The translations under genes were made by a program, and so were the position numbers. Source: an uncultured virus (IMG/VR IMGVR_UViG_3300042868_007713) (taxonomy: Duplodnaviria > Heunggongvirae > Uroviricota > Caudoviricetes). Taken from it: a DNA stretch of 55,723 nt. The notes beneath the pieces were generated by a model that did not search any database, had not been told where the DNA came from, and saw nothing but the letters and a program-made list of their open reading frames with translations. Numbering within the stretch: the first letter of the stretch is position 1; every line of letters begins with the position of its first letter. Shown one piece after another: positions 19,415-28,987 of this stretch. The stretch is taken from IMG/VR virus record IMGVR_UViG_3300042868_007713; one strand, given 5' to 3'.

Positions 19415-19744
19415 TTATATATTTTGTTTAGTTAATAAATTTTCTGCAACTTTTTCAAGTTCTAATCTTTCTTTATCTTTCATCATAACCATCATTTGTA
19501 ATACATTATTTACTGCTAAGGTATCCCAATTATTTAATATTTCATCATTAATTATTTTAGAATTTTTTGGACCTGCTACAATATTAATATCTTTTGTTAT
19601 AGATTGTATCTTTTTTAATTCAAAATTTAAAAATTTCTTATTGTCCATTATAGGTTTTGTTTCTATAATAAATTGATCTAAATATTTTTCAGCTATTGAT
19701 AATGATGTTAATACAGTTTTTATACAAAGTGTTGCGTTATCCAT
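19415..19744 (-). CDS. Hypothetical protein
   Basis: ORF within the operon. Confidence 0.6.
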   Translation of the reverse strand: MDNATLCIKTVLTSLSIAEKYLDQFIIETKPIMDNKKFLNFELKKIQSITKDINIVAGPKNSKIINDEILNNWDTLAVNNVLQMMVMMKDKERLELEKVAENLLTKQNI

Positions 19745-19746
19745 TT

Positions 19747-20097
19747 TTATTTTTTATTTTTTGGTGGTGGAATATGTCCTGATTCAAATGATAATGAATC
19801 AGATTTCCATTTTTTAATATCAAAATTTTTTAAAAAATTCTTTCTATCTATATCTTTTTGTGTTTCCCGTTTTTGTTTATAATTATTTTCACTAGTCATA
19901 GAAGTTAAATGGTATCCTTTACAGTGGATACAAAAATAACTTCTAGACTGTGAAATTTTGTCTTTAGTCTTTTTATTATTTCTAAATAATTTGTTATTTT
20001 GATTTTTAATTGACTTTAAAACTTCTATTGCAATATCTGCATTTTTCTTATCAACAAATATAACTTTCCCTGTGGATGAACATTTGTCTTTTTTCAT
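19747..20097 (-). CDS. Basic protein with putative zinc-binding site
   Basis: C..GKVIF...RSYFCIHCKGYHLTS. Confidence 0.6.
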   Translation of the reverse strand: MKKDKCSSTGKVIFVDKKNADIAIEVLKSIKNQNNKLFRNNKKTKDKISQSRSYFCIHCKGYHLTSMTSENNYKQKRETQKDIDRKNFLKNFDIKKWKSDSLSFESGHIPPPKNKK

Positions 20098-20108
20098 TTT
20101 TATTTTAT

Positions 20109-22040
20109 TTAAAATAGTGTTCCTTGTACATAACCATGTTTATTAATTGAACTAATAGTTTCTATTTCTTTATATATTCTTTCTAAATAATAATCATAAT
20201 TAATATCTAAATTGTTAATATCTAAATCTATTGTACTCATGTTATTACAAAGAGTTTGTCTCCATTTACCTGCTTCAGTTTGTATTTCTCTACCATCTGG
20301 ATTGTATTTTATAATTTTATGACCAGTTTTTGATATGTAATACCTATTTAATTTTTGAAGCTTTGTGTCTTTAATTACACTTTCATTATTATCATTCTGA
20401 ACTATTTCTGTAAGTTTAAAATTCCAATCACCTTTAGCTTTTACAGCCCCACAATAATCATAAATATTAGTGTTTTTACTAAGATAATCTTCGGGTTTAA
20501 TTCCATTTACATAAAATTCATATATAGCTTTTGGTATAACAAGAAAACTTTTGTTTTTATGAAGAGCTAAATTGTCAAACTCAAACAAACCTTTACATTT
20601 AGTCTTACCATTTTTATATACAGCTATGTAATTATTTACGTCTTTTAAAATCATTTTAGAATATTCATCATGTTCTAGTTGTAAATTAGTCATTGATTCC
20701 CATTCTTTACAAACTTCTAAGTATAATTCTTTTTTACTTTCTGGAATAATCATTTCTAAACCATCTGTATTTTGCATTAAAGGTACAGCTTCTGGTATAG
20801 CTAAACATAACATTTCATAAAGTTTAGATAACCATAATTGTCCATTAACAGTAATACACATAGTAAAGAAACTATCATACAGAAAACTATTAGAATCATT
20901 ACTTAAACCATAAGTTGAATTTAAAATAATCTTATATACATAATTTTTAGGATCAGACTTTGGAATCAACTTTCTTTCCTCAAAAAACCACTCATATTGT
21001 TCTAAGAATTCTTTGGCCGGCAAATGTGCAGGAGAAAATCCATTTTTAATAGCTAGGTTTGGATAATAACTGGTTACATCAGAAGTCATAATTGTATATC
21101 CTGGTTCTGCTTTATATACACCTGGATCTTTTGCACCATGTAAACCACCTAAACCATAATATGTATCAACACCTTTATAAGATAGTTTATAATCTAATGA
21201 ACCTTTAGTTTCAACAATAACCTTACTATTAAAATAATCTAATACACTTTTAAATGTATCTGTTTTAAATTGTATTTGAGGAAGTATACAGTCTTTAATA
21301 ACTATTTCATTTCTAAAAGTTCTTAATTCCCTAAGTTCTTTCTTATCTATGTTTAACTTTTTAGTTAAGAAATAAGAAAATAATTCTTTAGAAATTCTAG
21401 GTTCTGATGCACTATATAAATCTATGTCATATTCTTTAGTAAGATTTTGTCTAAGAGCTATTTGTTCTTTTGAAAGCTTCATTATTTCTTTAGTAGATTC
21501 AACATCATTTAGACAATATTCTATTATCATTACTATTTCTTCTAAAGTGGTAATTTCTGTATTATGATGTATAGGCATCTCTAATACATTCTTCCAATCC
21601 ATACTATACTGAATCCATTTTAATGAACTTAGTTTTGCCATATTATCCCAATGGTTTAATTTAAACAAATCAATTTGTTTAATTTTCATTTTCCAGGATG
21701 GATAATCTGAAAATACTTTTTTGTTTTGATTATTGATTAATTTTTGAGCATAGGCATATATTAATTTTGCAATTTCATCACCTGTTAAATTTAAAAACTT
21801 TGCTTTATTATCAATAATGTAATGTGTAATTTGAGAATCAAAAGATAATCCATTAAAAGATATGTGCCATTCATTATTATTAATGTTATCATCTAAGAAC
21901 ATTAATAATGATTTTATATCATTCTTTAATGTATGTACTACAAATATTTTTGTTTCATCTGTTTTATAATGTATAAAACAAGCTACAAAACAATTAGACA
22001 GGGTCTCAAAATCCATAACCCAGTGGTTCTTTTCTACCAT
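20109..22040 (-). CDS. polB: Family B DNA polymerase
   Basis: ExoI DFE, FNGLSFD, YCLND; polymerase motifs DVTSYYPN, KIILNSTYG, NTDG, KCKG. Confidence 0.93.
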   Translation of the reverse strand: MVEKNHWVMDFETLSNCFVACFIHYKTDETKIFVVHTLKNDIKSLLMFLDDNINNNEWHISFNGLSFDSQITHYIIDNKAKFLNLTGDEIAKLIYAYAQKLINNQNKKVFSDYPSWKMKIKQIDLFKLNHWDNMAKLSSLKWIQYSMDWKNVLEMPIHHNTEITTLEEIVMIIEYCLNDVESTKEIMKLSKEQIALRQNLTKEYDIDLYSASEPRISKELFSYFLTKKLNIDKKELRELRTFRNEIVIKDCILPQIQFKTDTFKSVLDYFNSKVIVETKGSLDYKLSYKGVDTYYGLGGLHGAKDPGVYKAEPGYTIMTSDVTSYYPNLAIKNGFSPAHLPAKEFLEQYEWFFEERKLIPKSDPKNYVYKIILNSTYGLSNDSNSFLYDSFFTMCITVNGQLWLSKLYEMLCLAIPEAVPLMQNTDGLEMIIPESKKELYLEVCKEWESMTNLQLEHDEYSKMILKDVNNYIAVYKNGKTKCKGLFEFDNLALHKNKSFLVIPKAIYEFYVNGIKPEDYLSKNTNIYDYCGAVKAKGDWNFKLTEIVQNDNNESVIKDTKLQKLNRYYISKTGHKIIKYNPDGREIQTEAGKWRQTLCNNMSTIDLDINNLDINYDYYLERIYKEIETISSINKHGYVQGTLF

Positions 22041-22055
22041 ATTTTTAATATTCAG

Positions 22056-22388
22056 TTAAGCTGTTTCCCCTTCTATAATTTCAAGTTCTGATTCTTCTAT
22101 AAGTTTAGTTATATCCAAATCATTTAATTCCGTGCAGTTTTTTATAAGTTCTATTAATTTATTTAAATCATTAATATTAATTGCAAATCTAGATAGTCTA
22201 AATGTTTCATATGGACTACAAGATTCATCTAAAAATATTTCATATAAGGAAACACCTTGTATACCATTTTCTTGGTTTTTATGAAAGTAAACATGTGTTA
22301 TTATATACTCTTTATCTTTTACTATCCATTTAGATTTAGGTATTACACTAGGTTTATTTTCATCATTTATACATATACATTTAACCAT
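22056..22388 (-). CDS. Hypothetical protein
   Basis: ORF upstream of polB. Confidence 0.6.
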   Translation of the reverse strand: MVKCICINDENKPSVIPKSKWIVKDKEYIITHVYFHKNQENGIQGVSLYEIFLDESCSPYETFRLSRFAININDLNKLIELIKNCTELNDLDITKLIEESELEIIEGETA

Positions 22389-22414
22389 AATATTATTTTT
22401 TAAAATTTAGAAAT

Positions 22415-22447
22415 AAAAAAAGATGTGTAAAATACACACCTTTTTTT
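22415..22447 (-). terminator. Probable intrinsic terminator
   Basis: A-run, agatgtgta-aaa-tacacacct imperfect stem, T-run. Confidence 0.5.
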
Positions 22448-22468
22448 AAATCATAAGTAAAAAATTGG

Positions 22469-22816
22469 TTATTTTTTTACTTTATCTACTAAATCTTTCC
22501 AATCAAAAGAATCTGCATTTATTGCAAAATTATTTATAAAATTATAAATATCTTCTTTTGATTCTAAATAATATTCATAGAAATTTTCCATAAGTTTTCT
22601 TTCTTGTGTTTCTGTAGCTCTACCGGTATCATCTAATTTTGGAATCAATCTATAAGATTGTTTCTTTTCTTTACCTACAATTGCTAATACTTTATTTTCT
22701 GGGTCAAATAAGACCTCATTAAAAGGGCAATCAGTGGTTGTAGGTAACATTTTAATTGTTGGTATAAATTCGGACCCAACTGTCCAACCGCTTTTATATA
22801 AAATCATTGATTTCAT
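22469..22816 (-). CDS. Hypothetical protein
   Basis: ORF with phage-like codon bias. Confidence 0.6.
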   Translation of the reverse strand: MKSMILYKSGWTVGSEFIPTIKMLPTTTDCPFNEVLFDPENKVLAIVGKEKKQSYRLIPKLDDTGRATETQERKLMENFYEYYLESKEDIYNFINNFAINADSFDWKDLVDKVKK

Positions 22817-22844
22817 GTTCTATTTTTTTTACAAAGTAAATACA

Positions 22845-23402
22845 TTATAGTAAAATTTCAAAATTTATTTCACTATCTTTTAAAGTTTCTTTATTTAAAT
22901 CATATTTGTCACATAATTCTCCCACTTCTTTTAAAACATCCATATCAACATTTAATAAATTAGTATATAGATTTAAAAAGTCAGATGGGTTTAAATAACT
23001 ATTAAAATGATCAAGTTCATTTTTATATAGTGTATAATATTTTTTAATTATGCTTTTGCTGTCTTTACTAAATTTAGAATATTTTCCATTTAAAAATTTA
23101 GTATAATCTTCTCTGTAGTCTTCTAAAGAAAATATGTAAATTGTTTCTTTTAATTCTTTATTTTCAAATTTATCTACTAAATATCTTGATTTATCAATAT
23201 ATTTTTTTTCATATATAAAAAAATCTTCTAAATCATTATGTTTTATTTTACATACAATATTAACATCTTCAAGACTAACTATATCGTCTAAAACTAAATA
23301 TGTTTCAATTTCAAAAGTTAATGCAAACTTAGGAAGCTCTAATAATGGAAATAAAAAGGCTTTTGATTTTTGAAAATATTTGCTGTATGCTTTAGTTATC
23401 AT
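22845..23402 (-). CDS. Hypothetical protein
   Basis: ORF immediately following the nuclease gene. Confidence 0.6.
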   Translation of the reverse strand: MITKAYSKYFQKSKAFLFPLLELPKFALTFEIETYLVLDDIVSLEDVNIVCKIKHNDLEDFFIYEKKYIDKSRYLVDKFENKELKETIYIFSLEDYREDYTKFLNGKYSKFSKDSKSIIKKYYTLYKNELDHFNSYLNPSDFLNLYTNLLNVDMDVLKEVGELCDKYDLNKETLKDSEINFEILL

Positions 23403-24434
23403 CTATATAATTACTTGTTTTGTACAAAATTTATAAGGTAAATAGTACTTTTTATTTGTATAATGATAAACAGTAGGATCTAAAGCTTCTTCTTTAAATT
23501 TATCAAACCATAGTTTTAATGTTTCTTCTGATACTGGGAATGAATATGCTAATAAATTTTTATCTAGCACTATAAAATTAAACTTTAATTTATATCCTTG
23601 TTTTTCTATTAAATCACCATGTTTTAAAGATACTAATATACAATACATAACTGCCTGTAACCAGTAAGAATAATATTGGATACTTTCAGGAAAGTCTTTT
23701 AATTCTTTACTTGTTGTTTTTAAATCATTTATGCATATGGTTTTATTGTCATGGTTAATAACTAAGTTATCAAGAATTCCTTTTAAACCAAACGGATGAT
23801 TAATTAATTTTTCTCTTATTTCTATTTCATTAAATACTTCAATGTTATCGAATTCGGTAACATTTAACCCTATTAATTCAGAAATTTCTGATGTATTTCT
23901 AATAATATTTACTGCTTTTAAACAATAATCATATGTTTCTTGATCAATTATTGTTTTATTTAATGAGTTAACTAAGAATGTCCAATAATTAATAGTTTCT
24001 TTATTAATTATTTTTTCAATTCTTTGTACATCAGTTTTAAGAGATTGATGAAGATTCATATCTACTAATATATCTAATATAGCATTTTCAAAATCTTCTA
24101 ATTTATTTCTTTGATCACCTGTATTTAATAATTCTTTGTAATGAATATATAGTCTATCAATAACTGTTTTAGTATTACCTACCGGTAAGGTATCAGGTGA
24201 TATTTCATATTGATCTTTAAAATCATGTTCATTTAATAATAGTAAATGTATAAGTTTACCATTAGTCAAAGCAGGTGATGTTTTTTCATCTTTTACTTTC
24301 ATTACATACATTTGATAAAATACTACGGGATTCCATAGTAATTTATTCATGCTGCTGTATGAAAAATAAAAGTACTCACTATAAAACTTATCTTCTGCAT
24401 TTTGTATGCTTTCATTTAATTCTTCTGTTGTCAT
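23403..24434 (-). CDS. PD-(D/E)XK exonuclease
   Basis: FSYSS, GKLIH, E...KGILD...INDLKT, YWLQAVMY. Confidence 0.85.
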   Translation of the reverse strand: MTTEELNESIQNAEDKFYSEYFYFSYSSMNKLLWNPVVFYQMYVMKVKDEKTSPALTNGKLIHLLLLNEHDFKDQYEISPDTLPVGNTKTVIDRLYIHYKELLNTGDQRNKLEDFENAILDILVDMNLHQSLKTDVQRIEKIINKETINYWTFLVNSLNKTIIDQETYDYCLKAVNIIRNTSEISELIGLNVTEFDNIEVFNEIEIREKLINHPFGLKGILDNLVINHDNKTICINDLKTTSKELKDFPESIQYYSYWLQAVMYCILVSLKHGDLIEKQGYKLKFNFIVLDKNLLAYSFPVSEETLKLWFDKFKEEALDPTVYHYTNKKYYLPYKFCTKQVII

Positions 24435-24446
24435 TTTTTTATATTT

Positions 24447-24665
24447 TTAAAGTAAATTTTTAAAAGCTTCATGTATATCAAAATCTTTTTCTTGATAATC
24501 ATCAGCAATCATATTATCAATACTAAAACTATCATCTATGTAATTGTCATCAGTTTCTTTAAGAAATATAGATAAAGCTTTAGTTACTGCTTCTTGAAGA
24601 TTTTCAGCTTCAACATTAAATCTTTTGTATGATTCCCAAACTATTGGAATTGAATAATTTTTCAT
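24447..24665 (-). CDS. Hypothetical protein
   Basis: Small ORF overlapping the thioredoxin stop. Confidence 0.55.
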   Translation of the reverse strand: MKNYSIPIVWESYKRFNVEAENLQEAVTKALSIFLKETDDNYIDDSFSIDNMIADDYQEKDFDIHEAFKNLL

Positions 24666-24931
24666 TTATTATATTTTTCTATTAATAATGTTAACTTTAT
24701 TTTAGGAAATACTCCTGTAACTTTTTCTAATTCTTTATCATCTTTATCTAAAATAACAAGTGTTGGTACACCTGTTATTTTATATTTGCTAAACATATCT
24801 GGATCTGCTGAATGATCATATGTAATATATTCTATATCATCATGTTCTTTCTTTATCATATCCATAATAGAATCTACCACTTTACATGGTTGACACCATG
24901 TTGCACTAAATTTAACTATTTTTAATCCCAT
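24662..24931 (-). CDS. Thioredoxin
   Basis: FSATWCQPCK active site and GVPTL cis-Pro motif. Confidence 0.9.
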   Translation of the reverse strand: MGLKIVKFSATWCQPCKVVDSIMDMIKKEHDDIEYITYDHSADPDMFSKYKITGVPTLVILDKDDKELEKVTGVFPKIKLTLLIEKYNK

Positions 24932-25209
24932 ATATTGTTTTCTTTTAAAAATTTTACAATTTTATCTACTGTATTTTTATCTGTACAAGTAGCTTCCAGG
25001 CTTTCTATAAACTGAATTAATTGACTATTTGTTAATTCTTTCATTTTGATTAGTTTTAAATTCTAATAATATGTCATACATATCTTCTAAAGTAACATTT
25101 ATTTTTTCTAAAACAACTCCTAATTTTTCAATATTAGTTATTAGTTTAGGTATATCTGATGTAATGAGTTTTTTACCCATCATTGTTTCATGTAATTCTG
25201 CCATAAATT

Positions 25210-25419
25210 TTATTCTTTTAGTTTAAAATTTTCATTATAAAATTTATCACTAACTATATCTTTTATATGTGACAAAGCTATTGCATTTCCTACTAATTTA
25301 TTATTTTCTTTTGTATAAGTTTGCATAGCTTTAGGAAACCCATATGAACCTCCTTCAACTAATATATTCAGTACATTAGTAAAAAATTTTTCATTTTCTT
25401 TTATTTTATAATCTTCCAT
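25210..25419 (-). CDS. Hypothetical protein
   Basis: Small ORF in a cluster of short genes. Confidence 0.55.
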   Translation of the reverse strand: MEDYKIKENEKFFTNVLNILVEGGSYGFPKAMQTYTKENNKLVGNAIALSHIKDIVSDKFYNENFKLKE

Positions 25420-25594
25420 GTTAATCTATGTTAAGTGTTAACTTATTTACAACCATCCACTGACAATTTGTTTCATTAAATCCTGTTTCAGATAAAAACT
25501 GTTCTGGATTACTCCACATATTTTCATCATAGTTTTTAATGTATATTTCATTGTCTGAAAAATCTAAAATTATTATTTTTTTCATATTTATATT

Positions 25595-25954
25595 TTAAAG
25601 TTCTGCTTCAAATGAACAACTACTTGTTTTTACAATACAATCTCTGATTTGTTTTCCTAAACCTAAATCAGCATAATCACGTAATTCATCTTTAGTAATT
25701 CCAATTTTTTCTATCATTTCATCATTATATCCATTATTTTCTTCAAAAAATTTATCAAGTGTTGCTATTTTATCACCTAATGTTTCTTCAATATTTTTAA
25801 TTTCTGCTTCAACATCTTCTAAATTATCTTCATCAAAATAATAAGTGATGTAGTTTGGTTGATCACCTTCTACACCAAATCTGTCTGCTGCATCACTTGA
25901 TTGTAATGCAAACCAAAATTTACCTTCTATGTCTCCGTTATAATATCTTCCCAT
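25595..25954 (-). CDS. Acidic hypothetical protein
   Basis: MGRYYNGDIEGKFWF...CSFEAEL. Confidence 0.65.
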   Translation of the reverse strand: MGRYYNGDIEGKFWFALQSSDAADRFGVEGDQPNYITYYFDEDNLEDVEAEIKNIEETLGDKIATLDKFFEENNGYNDEMIEKIGITKDELRDYADLGLGKQIRDCIVKTSSCSFEAEL

Positions 25955-25965
25955 GTTTTTTAATT

Positions 25966-26391
25966 TTAATTGTTTTTATTTTTTCTTTCATTTTGTGTTT
26001 TAATATGGTGACATGAATTTTCACCATTAGCACATAATACTTGTAATCCTCCAGCTTCACAAAATAGTCTTTCAACAAATTCTGGAAGATCATTAGCACA
26101 GTTAAGTGCACCCGCAGGTATTATGTGATCAATTGCTATATCTTTATCTTTAAACCATTTTTTACAATAGTTACATTGAAATTCCCATTTTTGTCTTTTT
26201 AATGGTCCTACATATATTCTTCTAGCATTTTGTTTACATTCTGTAACAGGTTTCCACCATCTAGATTTTTGTCTTAATGCTGATCTTATAAATGACCAGA
26301 ATGCTGATTCAGTTAATGTACCAGAATTTCTAGTTTTAGGTGCAGCACCTTTTCTTGTTTTTATAACTTTTGATTTTTTAGCTTTTGCCAT
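25966..26391 (-). CDS. HNH-type endonuclease
   Basis: CNYC...IDHIIP...LQVLC...CHHIKT; probable start at MAKAKK. Confidence 0.8.
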   Translation of the reverse strand: MAKAKKSKVIKTRKGAAPKTRNSGTLTESAFWSFIRSALRQKSRWWKPVTECKQNARRIYVGPLKRQKWEFQCNYCKKWFKDKDIAIDHIIPAGALNCANDLPEFVERLFCEAGGLQVLCANGENSCHHIKTQNERKNKNN

Positions 26392-27361
26392 TGTCAAATG
26401 ATTTATTTATTAGAGGAACAAAAGTATAAAATACTTTTTTAAAACCATAATCTTTTATACTATCACTTATATCTTTGCTTAAAGGTAATAAGAATATATT
26501 AAAATTATATAGCTCTTTATATTTTTTCATAGCTTTTATACCAGCTTCATCATTATCAAACATAACAGATATGTTTTTATATTTTTCCATTAGCTCTGTT
26601 ATAATTTCTTTAGAAATCATTGTGTTCTCACTGTCAGGAGCTATACAATCAAAATTTAATTTTAAACTTTTAATAGACATAACATCTTTTAAACTGCTGG
26701 TAATCAACAAGTTATGATGATTTTCTAATTGGTCTAAACCTTGTATATAAGAATCCATTTTTAAAAATTTCTTATTACTTCTTGGTTGATATATTTTATA
26801 TAAACTACCATCTTCTCTAAAATAACCATAAGTGTATTCATTAGATATTGTAATACTTTCTAATACACCTTCATTATCTTTTTCTAGTGTATAATTTTCT
26901 AAAGGTTTTACATTATACTTATTTAAGATGCTTGTACCAATATTATATCTTAACCAAAAATCAGCATCTAATTTATTCCAAGATCTAATTTTATAATTTC
27001 CTACTTTAAACTTAGGACATTCTTTAACTTCAAGTTGTTTGTATTCTTTATTGTTCTTTAAATAGTTTTTATAATCTTCTATAATTTTATTAGCTGCCGG
27101 TACATAAGGAAGTTTAAATAATTCCATTACCAAATTAATAGCACTACCAGATTTACCAGTGGAAAAATCTTTATATTTATATAATTTTTGAGTATTATCA
27201 AAATATATACACATGCTTGGTGTCTTATCATTAGGATTAAACAAACTTTTTATTTTTTCAGTTTGTCCAATTAAAGAATTATTTAAATTACAATAATTTT
27301 CAAAAATCCATGTTACAGGTACTTCTTTATAATCAATAATTACATTTTTTGTAGTAAGCAT
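26378..27361 (-). CDS. DNA primase (DnaG-like, TOPRIM)
   Basis: N-terminal FNPNDKTPSM...YKDFSTG (degenerate CHC2 region), SSLKDVM, MFDNDEAG, KDISD. Start moved to the ATG at 27361 because the TTG at 27394 falls inside a terminator stem region. Confidence 0.85.
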   Translation of the reverse strand: MLTTKNVIIDYKEVPVTWIFENYCNLNNSLIGQTEKIKSLFNPNDKTPSMCIYFDNTQKLYKYKDFSTGKSGSAINLVMELFKLPYVPAANKIIEDYKNYLKNNKEYKQLEVKECPKFKVGNYKIRSWNKLDADFWLRYNIGTSILNKYNVKPLENYTLEKDNEGVLESITISNEYTYGYFREDGSLYKIYQPRSNKKFLKMDSYIQGLDQLENHHNLLITSSLKDVMSIKSLKLNFDCIAPDSENTMISKEIITELMEKYKNISVMFDNDEAGIKAMKKYKELYNFNIFLLPLSKDISDSIKDYGFKKVFYTFVPLINKSFDNGKS

Positions 27362-27378
27362 ATTAGTATATAGGTATA

Positions 27379-27602
27379 AAATAAAAAGGAGCAATTTAGC
27401 CCATATTGAGGCCTTTTAAAAATTTGCAAACCATTGACAAACAATAGTTTTACCTCTTTTGGCAAGTGTTATTTGTTTTATTTGAGCCCTTGCTGAGCCC
27501 TTTAAAAAAATACACCGTTCCAACGCCTGTTAAACCTAATTTATCAATCCATTCTGCTTTTAATTTGCCAAAATACCTTGTAGCAGTAGCTCCTTTTTAT
27601 TT
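27379..27602 (-). terminator. Intrinsic terminator split by an insertion
   Basis: 14-bp perfect inverted repeat aaataaaaaggagc (27379-27392) / gctcctttttattt (27589-27602), 196 nt apart. Confidence 0.65.
27401..27590. mobile_element. 190-bp foreign insertion flanked by TAGC direct repeats (non-autonomous element or att-like remnant)
   Basis: About 35% GC (66/190 by hand count). TAGC at 27397-27400 and 27587-27590. Removing it restores ggagc-aattta-gctcc. Carries internal direct and inverted repeats. Confidence 0.55.
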
Positions 27603-27620
27603 ATAAGTAAAATTTAAATA

Positions 27621-28277
27621 TTAAAACATATCAAAATCACTACCACTTGATTGTGGTTCAAATGATTCTACTGATTCTGCTTGTTTTTTAACTTCTCCAA
27701 CAATATGTTTGCTTTCATTAAATGTTAACACTGTATCTTGAGAATTAGAAATTGCATATTTTTTGTTATCCATTTTTGGTAAAAAACAGTCATATGCTAC
27801 ATAACCTTCTTTATTTGTATATGCTTTACCACCAACACAGAAGTTTAAGTATGTATCATTACAAACTACTCTTTTTGCATTTTCTACAAATTCTTCAATA
27901 GTATCTGCATTAACTTCATCTAAAGCATCTATTGTATTTTGACAAATAGCAATAGTTTTTAAGAATTTTAAGATATTATCATCTCTATCTACTTTATTAC
28001 CGCTAGGTAATACTTTTGTTTCATATGCATATTGAGAACTTCTAATTCTTCCTACTTGACCTTGGTGTCTACCTTTTGATTGGTTTGATGGATCAATAAA
28101 GAAACCTTCAAAATTTTCTATAGGTTCTGTTTCAACCATAAGAACTAAATAATAACTTTCTGGATTATAACCTGGTTTTAAAGCTAAGTCATAAATCTTA
28201 CCTACTGTGTTTCCTGGAGTAATTGCTTTGTTTAATTTTGATTCTCCTGTTTTGATGTTTTTTGTGCTTAATGCCAT
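27621..28277 (-). CDS. Putative single-stranded DNA-binding protein
   Basis: Lies between an AAA recombinase-like gene and the primase; acidic/aromatic C-terminus SGSDFDMF. Confidence 0.5.
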   Translation of the reverse strand: MALSTKNIKTGESKLNKAITPGNTVGKIYDLALKPGYNPESYYLVLMVETEPIENFEGFFIDPSNQSKGRHQGQVGRIRSSQYAYETKVLPSGNKVDRDDNILKFLKTIAICQNTIDALDEVNADTIEEFVENAKRVVCNDTYLNFCVGGKAYTNKEGYVAYDCFLPKMDNKKYAISNSQDTVLTFNESKHIVGEVKKQAESVESFEPQSSGSDFDMF

Positions 28278-28302
28278 TTTTTTAAATTTTTGTTGTTAAT
28301 AA

Positions 28303-28986
28303 TTAATTTTCGTAGTTTATTATTGCTTCTTTTACAAAGTTTAAATCATTTGGAATTGTTGGAGTTTCAAACATACCTTTAGGGGATTTGCATGTATTGT
28401 CTCCTGAATTCTGTGTTTCAAATATATACGTTATGTTACCGTCTTTATCTTTTTTTACTTTTGAAAATAATACTATAGTAAATAAACCTTCTAAAGTTAA
28501 TTTATCATCTACTAATTTTCCAATTGTTTTTGCTTTAAATCTTTTTCTGTTTTCAATATCTACACCTTCTTCCATATGATTCATAAAGAATATTAATAAA
28601 TCATCTCTTAAAATCATAGGTAACTTAGATAACCTAGTTAATGTAGCTCCTATTTGTGTAAATTTTTCATATCCTTTTTCATCAGATCTTTCAAAAAATT
28701 CAAAAGATGAAATATATTGAAAGTCATCAATGATAATATTCTTTATTTCTGGTCTTTTTTCAGAAACATATTTTAAACATGCTTCTATACTTTTAGAATT
28801 AGCTGACTTAAACATATTACCTGTTGGATTATCTTTAGTCCATTCCACATAATTTTTTTTCCATCCTTTAAATGATAAAGGTTTTGATGCAACATTTATT
28901 ACAAATGTTTCTTTTGGATTTAATAATTCAATACTAGTTGATTTACCTGAACCTGATTCCCCTACAATTAATACTCCTTGTGCCAT
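28303..28986 (-). CDS. P-loop ATPase (AAA_24 / Sak4-like)
   Basis: GESGSGKS, IIIDDFQY, KTIGKLVD, KSPKGMF...IPNDL. Confidence 0.82.
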   Translation of the reverse strand: MAQGVLIVGESGSGKSTSIELLNPKETFVINVASKPLSFKGWKKNYVEWTKDNPTGNMFKSANSKSIEACLKYVSEKRPEIKNIIIDDFQYISSFEFFERSDEKGYEKFTQIGATLTRLSKLPMILRDDLLIFFMNHMEEGVDIENRKRFKAKTIGKLVDDKLTLEGLFTIVLFSKVKKDKDGNITYIFETQNSGDNTCKSPKGMFETPTIPNDLNFVKEAIINYEN

Positions 28987-28987
28987 T

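Noticed and set aside
23400..23405. In-frame TAG-ATG junction that could fuse the nuclease to the next gene by read-through
   Set aside because: Single case, explained by tight gene packing; the nuclease domain is complete before the stop.
27362..27394. N-terminal extension of the primase given by the ORF track
   Set aside because: The TTG start lies in the terminator stem region; the ATG at 27361 is more plausible.
27379..27602. Retron msr-msd or CRISPR mini-array interpretation of the long inverted repeat
   Set aside because: No reverse transcriptase or cas gene in the window; only two imperfect repeats; the outer stem is better explained as a split terminator.
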